Counted from the stretch's first letter, positions 41,321-51,800 are shown. The stretch is DNA of 64,000 nucleotides from an uncultured Actinomycetota bacterium (GCA_963762865.1 CAVXNC010000018.1:75506-139505); one strand, 5' to 3'. The notes: generated by a model from the letters alone, not told the origin. Translations and numbers: made by a program.

Positions 41321-41607
41321 GCTCAGTGCGCCTTGTCGTAGGCCTCGATGATGGTCGCCGGGATGCGGCCGCGCTCGTTGACCTTGTGGCCGTTGGACCG
41401 GGCCCACTCGCGGATCTCGGCGGTGCGGTTGTCGCCGCCACGACGCGCCCGGCCACGACTGCTGCCACGCCCGCCCGAGGAGCGGCCACCGACCCGGCGG
41501 GCCTGCCCGACGTACTGCCCGAAGGCGTCCCGCATCTTCCCGGCGTTCTTGGCGCTCAGGTCGATCTCGTAGGAGACGCCGTCGAGGGAGAAGGACACGG
41601 TCTCGTC
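41321..41607. repeat. 287-bp direct repeat, copy B (within intact lsr2).
   Basis: Near-identical to 40447-40733, offset 874 bp. Confidence 0.85.
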
Positions 41608-41661
41608 CGCCGTTCCCCCGTCGATGTCGTCGACCAGCAGGACGGTGACTTTCTGCGCCAT
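41323..41661 (-). CDS. lsr2: Nucleoid-associated protein Lsr2.
   Basis: 112 aa ([16 protein letters not shown]...[16 protein letters not shown]). Canonical Lsr2 with an RGR AT-hook. AT-rich upstream region. Confidence 0.9.
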   Translation of the reverse strand: MAQKVTVLLVDDIDGGTADETVSFSLDGVSYEIDLSAKNAGKMRDAFGQYVGQARRVGGRSSGGRGSSRGRARRGGDNRTAEIREWARSNGHKVNERGRIPATIIEAYDKAH

Positions 41662-41785
41662 ATCCGTTGTGCTCCATCAGCCGGAGGAATTCGTCGGCGC
41701 GACAATATCGCTATTCCGACAAGAAATGCACGTCGGATGGCAGAGCCGCCCGGAATTCCGGTGGCCACGCGGCCTGTCCAGGCTG

Positions 41786-41902
41786 CTATTCCGCCTCGCG
41801 GTGGTCCTCTTCAGAATCCGCCCGCTTCTTCACCGCGATGACGATGGCGACGAATGCGGCACCGACGACTACCGGCGGCAACAGGGCGGCGAGGACGTCC
41901 AT
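41786..41902 (-). CDS. Possible 38-aa single-TM membrane peptide translationally coupled to lysS; low confidence.
   Basis: The ATG overlaps the lysS TGA (TGATG). Sequence [38 protein letters not shown]. Confidence 0.3.
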   Translation of the reverse strand: MDVLAALLPPVVVGAAFVAIVIAVKKRADSEEDHREAE

Positions 41903-43386
41903 CAGCCGGATTCCGGACGGAGCAGCGGAAATGCAATCGTCTCGCGGATCGACTTTCCGGTGAGAAGCATGATCAGCCGGTCGATTCCCAGGCCCATTCC
42001 GCCCTGGGGCGGCATCCCGAACTCCATGGCCCGCAGGAAGTCCTCGTCCAGCTGCATTGCCTCCTGGTCGCCGCCAGCAGCCTTCAGTGACTGCTCCTCG
42101 AGCCGACGGCGCTGCTCGACCGGGTCGTTGAGCTCGGAGTAGGCCGGGGCCAGCTCGACGCCGTTGACGATCAGGTCCCAGGCCTCCACCAGCCCGGGCA
42201 CCGACCGGTGCGGCTTGGCGAGCGGCTTGACCTCGGCCGGGTAGTCGGTGACGAAGGTCGGCCGCCGCAGGTCGTGCTCCACGAGCTGCTCGTAGAGCTC
42301 GACGACGATCTCCGCCGCGTGCCACGACTGCTGCAGCGCGACGTCGTGCCGGTCGGCGATCTTGCGCAGCGCGTCGACCGGGGTCTGCAGGTCGACCTGC
42401 TCGCCGACCGCGCGGGACACCGCCTCGAGGATCGGCAGCCGTTCCCAGCCGTCGGCCAGGTCGATCTGACCGCCAGCTCCGTCGGGCACGACCGTCGTCC
42501 CGAGCAACGCCTGTGCGGCGTCGAGCACGATCTCGCGGGTGAGCTCGGCCATCGAGTCGTAGTCGCCGTAGGCCTGGTAGACCTCGAGCATCGTGAACTC
42601 GGGGCTGTGGGTGCTGTCGACGCCCTCGTTGCGGAAGTTGCGGCCGATCTCGTAGACCCGGTCGAGCCCGCCGACGACCAGCCGCTTGAGGTAGAGCTCG
42701 ATGGCGATCCGCAGGTACATCTGCTGGTCGAAGGCGTTGAGGTGCGTGGCGAACGGCCGGGCCGCCGCGCCGCCGTGCAGCGGCTGCAGCATCGGCGTCT
42801 CCACCTCGAGGAAGCCGTGCCGGTCGAGCGTCGCGCGGACCGAGCGAAGCACCGTCGCCCGGGCCCGGATCATGTCGCGCGACTCGGCGTTGACGGCCAG
42901 GTCGACGTAGCGCAGCCGGACGCGCGCCTCCGGGTCCTGCAGTCCCTTGTGCTTGTCAGGCAGCGGCCGTAGCGCCTTGGCGACCATGGTCCAGCTGTCG
43001 GCGAGCACCGAGAGCTCACCGCGCTTGCTGGAGATGACCTCGCCCTCGACCCCAACGTGGTCTCCGAGGTCGACGTCACCCTTCCAGTGCGCCAGCTGCT
43101 CCTCGCCGACCTTGTCGAGCGAGATCATCACCTGCACCTCGCCGGTGCCGTCGCGCAGCGTGGCGAAGCAGAGCTTGCCCCCGACGCGGGAGAGGACGAC
43201 CCGGCCGACGACGGCCGCGCGCTCGCCGGAGTGCTGGTCGACCTCGAGGTCGGCGTGCTCCGCGCGCAGGTCCGCGATGGTCGTCGTCCTCGCGACCGTC
43301 ACCGGGTAGGGCTCGACACCGCGCTCGCGCATCCGGTCGAGCTTCTCCCGGCGGACCCGCATCTGCTCGGGCAGCTCGTCGCTCAC
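41902..43386 (-). CDS. lysS: Lysine--tRNA ligase (class II).
   Basis: 494 aa with class II aaRS motifs and an OB anticodon-binding N-terminus. Confidence 0.95.
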   Translation of the reverse strand: MSDELPEQMRVRREKLDRMRERGVEPYPVTVARTTTIADLRAEHADLEVDQHSGERAAVVGRVVLSRVGGKLCFATLRDGTGEVQVMISLDKVGEEQLAHWKGDVDLGDHVGVEGEVISSKRGELSVLADSWTMVAKALRPLPDKHKGLQDPEARVRLRYVDLAVNAESRDMIRARATVLRSVRATLDRHGFLEVETPMLQPLHGGAAARPFATHLNAFDQQMYLRIAIELYLKRLVVGGLDRVYEIGRNFRNEGVDSTHSPEFTMLEVYQAYGDYDSMAELTREIVLDAAQALLGTTVVPDGAGGQIDLADGWERLPILEAVSRAVGEQVDLQTPVDALRKIADRHDVALQQSWHAAEIVVELYEQLVEHDLRRPTFVTDYPAEVKPLAKPHRSVPGLVEAWDLIVNGVELAPAYSELNDPVEQRRRLEEQSLKAAGGDQEAMQLDEDFLRAMEFGMPPQGGMGLGIDRLIMLLTGKSIRETIAFPLLRPESG

Positions 43387-43417
43387 CCGGCAAGGCTACC
43401 CAGCCCCCTCCCGCCGG

Positions 43418-43477
43418 TTGACTGGCGCGTTGCGGCTGTCCGTCGCGGCACAGAACCGCCGCAACGCGCCAGTCGAC
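43418..43477. repeat. ~60-bp palindromic repeat element, copy 1 (hairpin-forming).
   Basis: ttgactggcgcgttgcggc...gccgcaacgcgccagtcgac, with a 17-19 bp perfect stem. Lies between the lysS start and the marR stop. Confidence 0.8.
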
Positions 43478-43495
43478 GGCCGGATGCTCTTCCGG

Positions 43496-43939
43496 TCAGC
43501 GGAACGGGTCGCTGACCTCCCGGAGCCTGGCGAGGGCTCGGCGCAGCTGTGACATGCCGCGGACCCCCAGGTGCTCGGTCCACTCCGCCTCGACTGCCTC
43601 GACCGCGGCGGCGGCCACCGGCGCCGCCGCCCTGCCCCGGCGCCCGATCCGCACCAGCCGGGCGCGCGCGTCGGTCGGGTCGGGCACCCGTTCGACGTAG
43701 CCGGCGCTCTCGAGCTGGTCCACGAGGAAGCCAGCGGTCTGCTTGGTCACCTGCGCTGCCGCGGCCAGCTCCGACAGGCGGGTGCCGCCCGGACCGATCC
43801 GCTGGAAGACCCGCGCCTGCGCCAGGGTGATGTCGTCGAAGCCTGCATCGGCCACCGCCTCCAGCACCCGCGACTCCATCGCGCGGTAGGAGACGAAGAG
43901 CAGCACCCCGACGTTCGGCTCGTCGTCCGTCGTCGCCAT
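43496..43939 (-). CDS. MarR family transcriptional regulator.
   Basis: A winged-HTH MarR sequence (LTLAQARVFQRI...RLSELAAAAQVTKQTAGFLVDQLESAGYVERVPDPTDARA). Confidence 0.8.
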   Translation of the reverse strand: MATTDDEPNVGVLLFVSYRAMESRVLEAVADAGFDDITLAQARVFQRIGPGGTRLSELAAAAQVTKQTAGFLVDQLESAGYVERVPDPTDARARLVRIGRRGRAAAPVAAAAVEAVEAEWTEHLGVRGMSQLRRALARLREVSDPFR

Positions 43940-44013
43940 GGCCCTCCTTGACAGCAATCCGGTCGAGCACTATTGATAGTCAGATAATCTTACTACTTTG
44001 GTACGAGGTCAGC
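43940..44013. promoter_or_regulatory. AT-rich divergent promoter/operator region between marR and the DinB-superfamily gene.
   Basis: A 74-bp spacer (cttgacagcaatcc...ctattgatagtcagataatcttactactttgg) with a -35-like TTGACA. Much lower GC than the surroundings. Confidence 0.4.
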
Positions 44014-44679
44014 GTGGGCCGTCCGCAGGCATGGCAGGTCATCAGCCGCGAACGCGCGCGCCTCGCCGACCTGCTCGACAGCCTCACGCCGGCGGAGTGG
44101 GAACACCCCTCGCTGTGCGCCGGGTGGACGGTCAAGCACACGGCCGCCCACGTGATCTCCTCGCCGCAGGCCACACCATGGGACGTCGGCGTCGCTCTGC
44201 TGCGGGCCCGAGGAAGCTTCGACAGGTGCATCGACGAGCAGGCCCGGAGATGGGCGGACCGGCCGACCGAGCAGATCGTCGCCGACTACCGCCGCCTCGA
44301 CGGGTCCCAGCGCCACCCGATCGGCACGACGTACTACGAGCCGCTGCTCGACGTGCTGGTGCACAGCCAGGACATCGCGATCCCGCTGCAGCGCGACCAC
44401 GACATGCCGGTCGACGCCGCGCGCGCCGCGGCCGACCGCGTGTGGCGACGCGCGTTTCCCTTCCGTGCGCGCAGCCGCCTGGCCGGTCTGCGGCTCAGGG
44501 CGACCGACACGGACTGGGCGGTGGGCGAGCGAGCGGCAGCGGGCGGACTGGGGGGACCGGTCGTCGAGGGCACCATGGCGGACCTGCTACTGCTGCTGAC
44601 CGGGCGCCCGGTGGTGCTGCCCCGTCTCACCGGTCCGGGCGTCGAGCTGCTGCGGGAGCGCGTCCGACCCACCCGTTGA
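44014..44679 (+). CDS. DinB-superfamily protein (mycothiol-dependent maleylpyruvate isomerase N-terminal domain, TIGR03083-like).
   Basis: The GTG start is divergent from marR. Contains the conserved WTVKHTAAHV motif. Confidence 0.7.
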   Translation: MGRPQAWQVISRERARLADLLDSLTPAEWEHPSLCAGWTVKHTAAHVISSPQATPWDVGVALLRARGSFDRCIDEQARRWADRPTEQIVADYRRLDGSQRHPIGTTYYEPLLDVLVHSQDIAIPLQRDHDMPVDAARAAADRVWRRAFPFRARSRLAGLRLRATDTDWAVGERAAAGGLGGPVVEGTMADLLLLLTGRPVVLPRLTGPGVELLRERVRPTR

Positions 44680-44736
44680 CTGGCGCGTTGCGGCTGTCCT
44701 GTCGCGGTACAGAACCGCCGCAACGCGCCAGTCGAC
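44676..44736. repeat. ~60-bp palindromic repeat element, copy 2.
   Basis: Same stem arms as copy 1 with a slightly diverged loop. Spans the stop codon of the DinB-superfamily gene and lies before the coaX 3' end. Confidence 0.8.
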
Positions 44737-44770
44737 GAACGGGTGGGACGGCGGGTCGGTCGGCCGGACG

Positions 44771-45571
44771 CTAGGGGCGGTTGCGCTCGAAGACCAGCCG
44801 GAGCCCGACCAGCGTCAGCCACGGCTCGTGCAGGTCGATGACGCCGGACTCGTCGAGCACCATCGTGGCCAGCCCGCCGGTGGCGATGACCGTGACGTCC
44901 CCCGGGTCACCGTCGGGGCCGACGATCTCGGCGGACATCCGGGTCACGACACCGTCCACCTGACCGGCGAAGCCGTAGAGGATGCCCGCCTGCAGCGCCT
45001 CGACCGTGTTGCGCCCGATGACCGACCGGGGCCGGGCGAGCTCCACCCGGCGCAGCTGCGCGCCCCGGGCGCCCAGCGCCTCCACCGAGATCTCGATGCC
45101 GGGCGCGATGGCGCCGCCGAGGTACTCCCCCTTCGCCGACACCGCGTCGAAGGTGGTCGCGGTCCCGAAGTCGACCACGATGCACGGGCCGCCGACCAGG
45201 TCGACCGCCGCCAGCGCGTTGACGACACGGTCGGTGCCGACCTCCTTCGGGTTGTCGGTGAGAACCGGGACACCGGTGCGCACGCCAGGCTCGACGACGA
45301 CGGCCGGCACGCCGGCGTAGTAGCGCTGGCACATGTCGCGCATCTCGTGCAGCACCGACGGCACGGTCGAGCACAGCGAGATGCCGTCCACGACCGCGAC
45401 ACCGGGACCGGACGGCGCGTGGTTCTGGGCCAGCAGCCCGTGCAGCACGACCGCGATCTCGTCAGCGGTGCGGTGCGACTCGGTCGCGATCCGCCAGTGC
45501 TCGACGAGGTCCGTGCCGTCGAAGAGGCCGAGCACCGTGTGCGTGTTGCCGACGTCGATCGCGAGCAGCAT
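44771..45571 (-). CDS. coaX: Type III pantothenate kinase.
   Basis: Starts MLLAIDVGNTHTV, with the ATG overlapping the nadC stop (ATGA). An ASKHA-fold sequence. Confidence 0.85.
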   Translation of the reverse strand: MLLAIDVGNTHTVLGLFDGTDLVEHWRIATESHRTADEIAVVLHGLLAQNHAPSGPGVAVVDGISLCSTVPSVLHEMRDMCQRYYAGVPAVVVEPGVRTGVPVLTDNPKEVGTDRVVNALAAVDLVGGPCIVVDFGTATTFDAVSAKGEYLGGAIAPGIEISVEALGARGAQLRRVELARPRSVIGRNTVEALQAGILYGFAGQVDGVVTRMSAEIVGPDGDPGDVTVIATGGLATMVLDESGVIDLHEPWLTLVGLRLVFERNRP

Positions 45572-46500
45572 CAGGGCCCCTCCCTCAGGTCGCAGGCGAT
45601 GTCCAGGATCGGGGCCGAGTGGGTGAGCGCGCCGACCGCGAGGTAGTCGACGCCGGTCTCGGCGACCTCGCGGGCGTTGTCCAGCCGCAGCCCGCCGCTG
45701 GCCTCGAGCCGCGCCCGGCCGGCGACCAGCTCGACCGCTCGGCGCATCTGCTCGACCGGCATGTTGTCCAGCAGCACGAGGTCCGCACCGGCCTCGACCG
45801 CCTCGATGACGTCCTCGACCGAGTCGCCCTCCACCTCCACCGGCACCTCGGGGAAGGCAGCCCGCACCGCGCGGAACGCCTCGGCGACGCCGCCCGCCGC
45901 GACCACGTGGTTGTCCTTGACCATCGCCGCGTCCGAGAGGGACATCCGGTGGTTGACGCCACCGCCGCACCGGACGGCGTACTTCTCCAGCACCCGCAGC
46001 CCCGGAGTCGTCTTGCGGGTGTCGCGCACCGCCGCACCGGTGCCGTCGACCGCGTCGACCCACCGCCTGGTCAGGGTGGCGATGCCTGAGAGGCGGCAGA
46101 GCAGGTTGAGGGCGGTGCGCTCCCCGGTGAGCAGCCCGCGCGTCGCGCCGGTCAGCGACATCAGCACGTCTCCGCGGCGGACCTGCGCACCGTCCTCGAC
46201 GAGCCAGCGGGTCAGGACGGCGTCATCGGTCGTCACGTCGAAGACAGCGGCCGCGACCGCGAGCCCGGCTACGACCCCGTCGGCGCGCGCGACGAGGTCC
46301 GCGGTCGACTCCTGGTCGAAGGGCACGGTGGCCACGCTGGTCACGTCGACGCCGCCGTCGAGGTCCTCCTCGAGGGCGCGGGTGACGACGTCGAGGACGT
46401 ACGTCGCGTCAAGCCCGGCAGTCACCAGCCGGGCGGCCGTGTCGTCGGACAGGCTCGCCGGTGTCCCCGGCCCGTTCGCACTGGGTCCAGCCGCAGTCAT
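45571..46500 (-). CDS. nadC: Nicotinate-nucleotide pyrophosphorylase (carboxylating).
   Basis: A quinolinate phosphoribosyltransferase sequence. The start ATG overlaps the nadB stop (ATGA). Confidence 0.9.
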   Translation of the reverse strand: MTAAGPSANGPGTPASLSDDTAARLVTAGLDATYVLDVVTRALEEDLDGGVDVTSVATVPFDQESTADLVARADGVVAGLAVAAAVFDVTTDDAVLTRWLVEDGAQVRRGDVLMSLTGATRGLLTGERTALNLLCRLSGIATLTRRWVDAVDGTGAAVRDTRKTTPGLRVLEKYAVRCGGGVNHRMSLSDAAMVKDNHVVAAGGVAEAFRAVRAAFPEVPVEVEGDSVEDVIEAVEAGADLVLLDNMPVEQMRRAVELVAGRARLEASGGLRLDNAREVAETGVDYLAVGALTHSAPILDIACDLREGP

Positions 46501-48215
46501 CAGTCGTGCTCCTCCACACCCATCGAGATCGTGCCGTCGACGAGGCGGGTGACCAGGTGGGCCCGCCAGTGCTCGTCGTCCAGCGTCGGGAAGTCCTGGC
46601 GCCAGTGGCTGCCGCGGGTCTCCTCGCGCTCCAGTGCGGTCCCGGCCAGCGCGCTGGCGACCAGGTGCAGGTTGGTCGCCTCCCACGCCTCGGTGCACGG
46701 CTCGGCGCTGGTGCGCAGCCGGAGCTCCATCAGCTCGGCCATCGAGGTGCGGACGCTCTCCCGGTCGCGCAGCACACCGACGCCCTGCGACATCGTCCGT
46801 GCGACGTCGCCGCGCACCGACGGGTCGAGAAGACCGGGCGTCGGCGCGACGTCCTCGCCGCGCACCTGGACGGTGAGCGGCATGTCGACCGGCTCCGCCT
46901 GCGGTGGTAGCTCGGTGCCGAGGTGCTCGGCGATCCGGCGGCCGAAGACCAGACCCTCGAGCAGCGAGTTGGAGGCCAGCCGGTTGGCGCCGTGGACGCC
47001 GGTGCAGGCGACCTCACCGCAGGCGTAGAGGCCGGGCACGCTGGTGCGACCCTGCAGGTCGGTACGGACGCCACCGGAGGCGTAGTGACAGGCAGGGGCG
47101 ACCGGGATCAGGTCGTTGACCGGGTCGATTCCATGCTCCCGGCAGCTCGCGAGGATGGTCGGGAAGCGCACCCGCCAGGTGTCCTCGCCGAAGTCACGCG
47201 CGTCGAGCCAGACGTGCTCGGCACCGGTCTCGCGCATCCGCGTCATGATCGCCTTGGCCACGACATCTCGTGGGGCCAGGTCGGCCTGCGGGTGCAGCCC
47301 CTGCATGAAGGCGACGCCCGCATCGTCGCGCAGCACGGCGCCTTCGCCACGTACCGCCTCGGACACCAGCGGCTGCTGGCCCTGCGACCCCTCGCCGAGC
47401 CACAGCACGGTGGGGTGGAACTGCACGAACTCCAGGTCCGTCACGACCGCGCCCGCGCGCAGCGCGACGGCGACACCGTCGCCGGTCGACACCGACGGGT
47501 TGGTGGTCGAGGAGAAGACCTGCCCGAGGCCGCCGGTCGCGAGCACCACGGCTCGCGCCCGCACCGCACCGACGCCGTCGCGCTGTCCCTGGCCGATGAC
47601 GTGCAGGGTGAGGCCGGCGATCCGGCCGTCGGCGGCGCGCAGCAGGTCGAGCACCAGAGCGTGCTCGAGGACCTCGATGCCCTCCTCGGCGTGCAGCGCG
47701 GCGATCAGGGCGCGCTCGATCTCGAGCCCGGTCGCGTCGCCGCCGGCGTGGGCGATCCGGTTGCGGTGGTGTCCGCCCTCGCGGGTCAGCGCGATGTCGC
47801 CACCGGACGTTCGGTCGAACTTGGTGCCGATCTCGATGAGCTCCCGCACCCGGGCGGGTCCCTCCTCGACGAGCACCCGCACCGCGGCCTCGTCGCAGAG
47901 CCCGACGCCGGCGACGAGGGTGTCCTCGAGGTGCTGCTCCGGGGTGTCGCCGTCGCCGAGGGCCGCCGCGATCCCGCCCTGCGCCCAGCGCGTCGACCCC
48001 GCGTCGAGGTAGGTCTTGGTGACGAGCAGCACCGTGCCCCCGGTTGTCGCCCGGGCCGACAGCGCAGTCGTCAGGCCGGCGATGCCTGAGCCGACAACGA
48101 CGACGTCGACCTGCGTCGACCAGCCGGGCTCGGGCGCGAGCAGCCGGTGCCGCAGCGGCAACCGCCCGCCGATGACCTCGCCGCCCACATCACCGGCGTC
48201 GCCCGCATCAGGCAT
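46500..48215 (-). CDS. nadB: L-aspartate oxidase.
   Basis: An FAD-binding N-terminus ([11 protein letters not shown]) and the succinate dehydrogenase/fumarate reductase flavoprotein family fold. Confidence 0.9.
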   Translation of the reverse strand: MPDAGDAGDVGGEVIGGRLPLRHRLLAPEPGWSTQVDVVVVGSGIAGLTTALSARATTGGTVLLVTKTYLDAGSTRWAQGGIAAALGDGDTPEQHLEDTLVAGVGLCDEAAVRVLVEEGPARVRELIEIGTKFDRTSGGDIALTREGGHHRNRIAHAGGDATGLEIERALIAALHAEEGIEVLEHALVLDLLRAADGRIAGLTLHVIGQGQRDGVGAVRARAVVLATGGLGQVFSSTTNPSVSTGDGVAVALRAGAVVTDLEFVQFHPTVLWLGEGSQGQQPLVSEAVRGEGAVLRDDAGVAFMQGLHPQADLAPRDVVAKAIMTRMRETGAEHVWLDARDFGEDTWRVRFPTILASCREHGIDPVNDLIPVAPACHYASGGVRTDLQGRTSVPGLYACGEVACTGVHGANRLASNSLLEGLVFGRRIAEHLGTELPPQAEPVDMPLTVQVRGEDVAPTPGLLDPSVRGDVARTMSQGVGVLRDRESVRTSMAELMELRLRTSAEPCTEAWEATNLHLVASALAGTALEREETRGSHWRQDFPTLDDEHWRAHLVTRLVDGTISMGVEEHD

Positions 48216-49074
48216 TGCCGGCCGCCGGTCCGCCGAGTGTGACGAGCACGTTGTCGATCAGGCGGGTCGTGCCGACCTTGGCCGCGACCGCGAGCAGCGC
48301 CTCCCCCGCGAAGCTGTCGGTGACCTCGCGCAGGTCGTGCGGGTCGACGAGGGCGAGGTAGTCGACGCTGATGCCCGGCTGCTCGGCGAGCACCTTGTCG
48401 GCCGCCGCGCGCACGCCGTCCGGGCCGTCGCCGGCGGCCGCGGCGCCGGCGTGCAGCGCGCGCGACAGCGTCAGCGCCGCCTCGCGGTCCTCGTCGGTCA
48501 GGTAGGTGTTGCGGCTGGAGATCGCCAGCCCGTCGGGGTCACGCACGGTCGGCACCGCGACCACCTCGACCGGGAAGTCCAGGTCCTGCGCCATCCGCCG
48601 GATCAGCTGCAGCTGCTGGGCGTCCTTCTGCCCGAAGTACGCGACGTCGGGCGACGTCAGGTGCAGCAGCTTGGCGACGACGGTCAGCACGCCGTCGAAG
48701 TGCCCGGGACGTGAGGCACCTTCGAGTACGTCGCCGAGCGGCCCGGCCTGGACCCGCACCTGGGGCTGGTCGCCCAGCGGGTAGACCTCCGCCACGGACG
48801 GGGCGAACACCAGGTCGACGTCCTCGGCAGCACACAGCTCGACGTCGGACTCGAGCGTCTTGGGGTAGCGCGTGAGGTCCTCCCCCGGCGCGAACTGCAG
48901 CGGGTTGAGGAAGACGGTGACGACGATGACCGCGCAGCGGCGGCGGGCGACGCGGATGAGCTCGCGGTGACCGTCGTGCAAGGCCCCCATCGTCATCACG
49001 ACACCGACCTCGCCCGGCCTGTTGGCCAGGGCACCCCGCAGCTCGGCCCTGGTGTGCACCAGTCGGGTGGTCAT
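48208..49074 (-). CDS. panC: Pantoate--beta-alanine ligase.
   Basis: HIGH-like motif (MGALHDGH) and a PanC fold. Overlaps the nadB start by 8 nt. Confidence 0.9.
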   Translation of the reverse strand: MTTRLVHTRAELRGALANRPGEVGVVMTMGALHDGHRELIRVARRRCAVIVVTVFLNPLQFAPGEDLTRYPKTLESDVELCAAEDVDLVFAPSVAEVYPLGDQPQVRVQAGPLGDVLEGASRPGHFDGVLTVVAKLLHLTSPDVAYFGQKDAQQLQLIRRMAQDLDFPVEVVAVPTVRDPDGLAISSRNTYLTDEDREAALTLSRALHAGAAAAGDGPDGVRAAADKVLAEQPGISVDYLALVDPHDLREVTDSFAGEALLAVAAKVGTTRLIDNVLVTLGGPAAGNA

Positions 49075-49940
49075 CGGTCGGCAGCTCCTTCGGCGAGCAC
49101 GTCGAGCAGGGCCTCGGCCGCGGCGGGTCGCAGCAGGCCGGCGGCCAGCGCCCGGTCGGCGGTGAGTCGAGCCATCGCGAGGTAGGCGCCGGCGGAGTGC
49201 GGCGACACCTCGCGAAGCACGGCGAGGTGGGCCGCGACGGTGCCGGCGTCACCGCGGGCGACCGGACCGGTCAGCGCGGAGTCGCCGCTGCGCAGCGCGT
49301 TGTCGAGGGCGGCGCCGAGCAAGGGGGCGAGCAGCCGCTCGGGCTCGGCGACGCCGCAGCGACGCAGCTGGTCGACCGACTCGTTGACCAGCGTGCTCAG
49401 GTGGTTGGCGCCGCCGGCGAGAGCCGCGTGGTAGAGCACCCGCTGGTCCTCGGCGACCCACTGCGGGTCGCCTCCCATCTCCAGCACCAGCGCGTCGGCG
49501 ATCGGCCGCAGCGGTTCGGGGGCGGTCACCCCGAAGCAGGCGCCGGCCAGCCGCACCAGGTCCTCCGGCCGGCCGGTGAAGGTCATGGCCGGGTGCAGGG
49601 CGAGCGGGAGGCCGCCGGCCCGGGTGGCCGACTCGAGCACCGTGACGCCGTACCGCCCGCTGGTGTGCACCACCAGCTGACCGGGCCGGACCGCACCGGC
49701 GGCCACCAATCCCTCCACGAGGTCGGGCAGCGCGTCGTCGGGCACGGTGAGCAGCGCGAGCTCGGCAGCGGCGAGCACCTCTTGCGGCGGCAGCACCTCG
49801 GCGGCGGGCAGCAGGTCGGCGGCCCGGCGGCGGGACGCGTCGGAGACGGCCGAGACCGCGACCACCCGGTGGCCCGCCCTCTGCAGCGCAGCGCCCAGCA
49901 CCGAGCCGACCCGGCCGGCGCCGACGATGCCGACAGCGAG
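49071..49940 (-). CDS. Rossmann-like DUF2520 domain protein (Rv3603c-like).
   Basis: GxGxxG ([10 protein letters not shown]) and a C-terminal DUF2520-like region. Conserved neighbour of panC in actinobacteria. The start is uncertain. Confidence 0.6.
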   Translation of the reverse strand, partial: LAVGIVGAGRVGSVLGAALQRAGHRVVAVSAVSDASRRRAADLLPAAEVLPPQEVLAAAELALLTVPDDALPDLVEGLVAAGAVRPGQLVVHTSGRYGVTVLESATRAGGLPLALHPAMTFTGRPEDLVRLAGACFGVTAPEPLRPIADALVLEMGGDPQWVAEDQRVLYHAALAGGANHLSTLVNESVDQLRRCGVAEPERLLAPLLGAALDNALRSGDSALTGPVARGDAGTVAAHLAVLREVSPHSAGAYLAMARLTADRALAAGLLRPAAAEALLDVLAEGAADR

Positions 49941-50112
49941 CCGGGCCGGTCGCGACGAGACGTCGGCCGGGTCGGCGGCGGTCACCGGGCAGTCACAGCG
50001 CAGGTCACAAGAGGTGTTCCAGTCCTCGCGGGGGTACCGGACGCGGCCCAGGGTACGGCGTAGCGTCCGGACGACAGCCACGAGGGCACGGACGACGAGG
50101 AGGTCAGCGGGC

Positions 50113-50838
50113 ATGCTCGAAGCCGGCTTCTGGGGGCTGGTGGGTGGACTCGCCCTGGTCCTCGGCGCCGTGGCGGGCGTGGTGCGCGACGTCCCGGCCA
50201 GGGTCATCGGTGCGGTGATGGCCTTCGGGGCCGGGGTGCTGATCAGCGCGCTGGCCTTCGAGCTGACCGCCGAGGCCTTCGACGCGTCGGGGGGGCGCGA
50301 GGTCGTGCTCGGTCTGCTCGGCGGGGCGCTGACCTTCTACCTCGGCGACCGGATGCTCGACAGCCGCGGCGGTGCGGACCGCAAGATGTCCGGCGGTCAG
50401 CAGGCCGGCTCGGCCGCGCAGGGCCTGGTCCTCGGTGCCCTGCTGGACGGGATACCGGAGTCGGTCGCGATCGGGGTGTCGCTGGTCGACGGGGGCACGG
50501 TGGGTATCGCGATCGTTGCCGCCGTCTTCCTGTCCAACGTCCCCGAGGGCATGTCGGCGGCCACCGGCCTGGTGAAGGCCGGCCGGTCCCGCCGGTGGGT
50601 GCTGACCCTGTGGGCGGTCGTCGCGGTCGTCTCCGGTCTGGCCTCGCTGCTCGGCTACGTCGTCCTCGGTGACGCCAGCCCGTCGGTCGTAGCGATCATC
50701 CAGGCCTTCGCCGCGGGCGCGATCCTCACCATGCTGGCCGACACGATGATGCCGGAGGCCTACGCGAACCGCGGCCGCTCGGTCGGCCTCATCACGACCA
50801 TCGGCTTCGTGCTGGCCTTCCTGCTGAGCCAGGCATGA
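50113..50838 (+). CDS. ZIP family metal cation transporter.
   Basis: A 241-aa hydrophobic protein with a ZupT-like sequence (GIPESVAIG, HNVPEG-like SNVPEG). Confidence 0.8.
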   Translation: MLEAGFWGLVGGLALVLGAVAGVVRDVPARVIGAVMAFGAGVLISALAFELTAEAFDASGGREVVLGLLGGALTFYLGDRMLDSRGGADRKMSGGQQAGSAAQGLVLGALLDGIPESVAIGVSLVDGGTVGIAIVAAVFLSNVPEGMSAATGLVKAGRSRRWVLTLWAVVAVVSGLASLLGYVVLGDASPSVVAIIQAFAAGAILTMLADTMMPEAYANRGRSVGLITTIGFVLAFLLSQA

Positions 50839-51800
50839 GCGGCTGGGCCACCTGGCGGGCGGCCACCGAGCGCGCGCTCTACGGGGCCGACGGGTTCTAC
50901 CGACGTGAGGGTCCGGGGCCGGCCGGCCACTTCCGCACCTCGGTGAACGCGTCCCCGCTCTTCGCGGCGGCGCTGCAGGAGCTGGCGCGCTCGCGCCGGC
51001 TGACGACGGTCGTCGACGTCGGGGCCGGCCGCGGCGAGCTGCTCACTGCCCTGCACGAGATCGACCCGGCGCTGCACCTGCACGGCGTCGAGGTCGCCAC
51101 CCGGCCCGCCGGCCTGCCCGACGACATCGGCTGGTCGTCGTCGCCGGCCGAGACGCTGTCGGCGGCCTCCGACGTGCTCGTCGTCGCGAACGAGTGGCTC
51201 GACAACGTGCCGCTCGACATCGTCGAGCTCACCGCCGAGGGCCTGCGCGTCGTCGAGGTGTCGGTGGAGGGCCGCGAGCGGCTGGGCGGCCCCGCGTCGC
51301 CGGAGGACGCCCGGTGGGTGGCCGACTGGTGGCCACTGACCGAGCTCGGGTCGCGCGCCGAGGTGGGTCGCAGCCGCGACGAGGCATGGGCCACGGTCGT
51401 CTCGTCGGTACGCCGCGGAGTGGCCGTGGCTGTCGACTACGCGCACGACCGAGCCGAGCGACCGAAGGGCGGCTCGCTGACGGCGTACCGCAACGGGAGA
51501 GCGGTCCCACCCGTGCCGGACGGGACGTGCGACCTCACCGCGCACGTCGCCCTGGACGCGTGCGCGGCCGCGGGCGAGGCGGCCGGTGCGACGGCGACGG
51601 TGCTGACGACTCAGACCGACGCGCTGCGCGGGCTGGGCGTCGACGGTGCGCGGCCGACCCGGGAGATGGCGGCGGCCGACCCGGCGGGCTACCTGCGGGC
51701 GCTGGCCCGGGCCGGGGAGGTGGCCGAGCTCACCGACCCGGCGGGCCTCGGCGGCTTCGGCTGGCTCATCCAGACCGTAGGCCCACCTGCCGTCGGCTAG
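50835..51800 (+). CDS. SAM-dependent methyltransferase, MidA/NDUFAF7-like (DUF185).
   Basis: A DUF185 sequence (VVDVGAGRGEL...ANEWLDNVP). Overlaps the ZIP stop by 4 nt. Confidence 0.75.
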   Translation: MSGWATWRAATERALYGADGFYRREGPGPAGHFRTSVNASPLFAAALQELARSRRLTTVVDVGAGRGELLTALHEIDPALHLHGVEVATRPAGLPDDIGWSSSPAETLSAASDVLVVANEWLDNVPLDIVELTAEGLRVVEVSVEGRERLGGPASPEDARWVADWWPLTELGSRAEVGRSRDEAWATVVSSVRRGVAVAVDYAHDRAERPKGGSLTAYRNGRAVPPVPDGTCDLTAHVALDACAAAGEAAGATATVLTTQTDALRGLGVDGARPTREMAAADPAGYLRALARAGEVAELTDPAGLGGFGWLIQTVGPPAVG

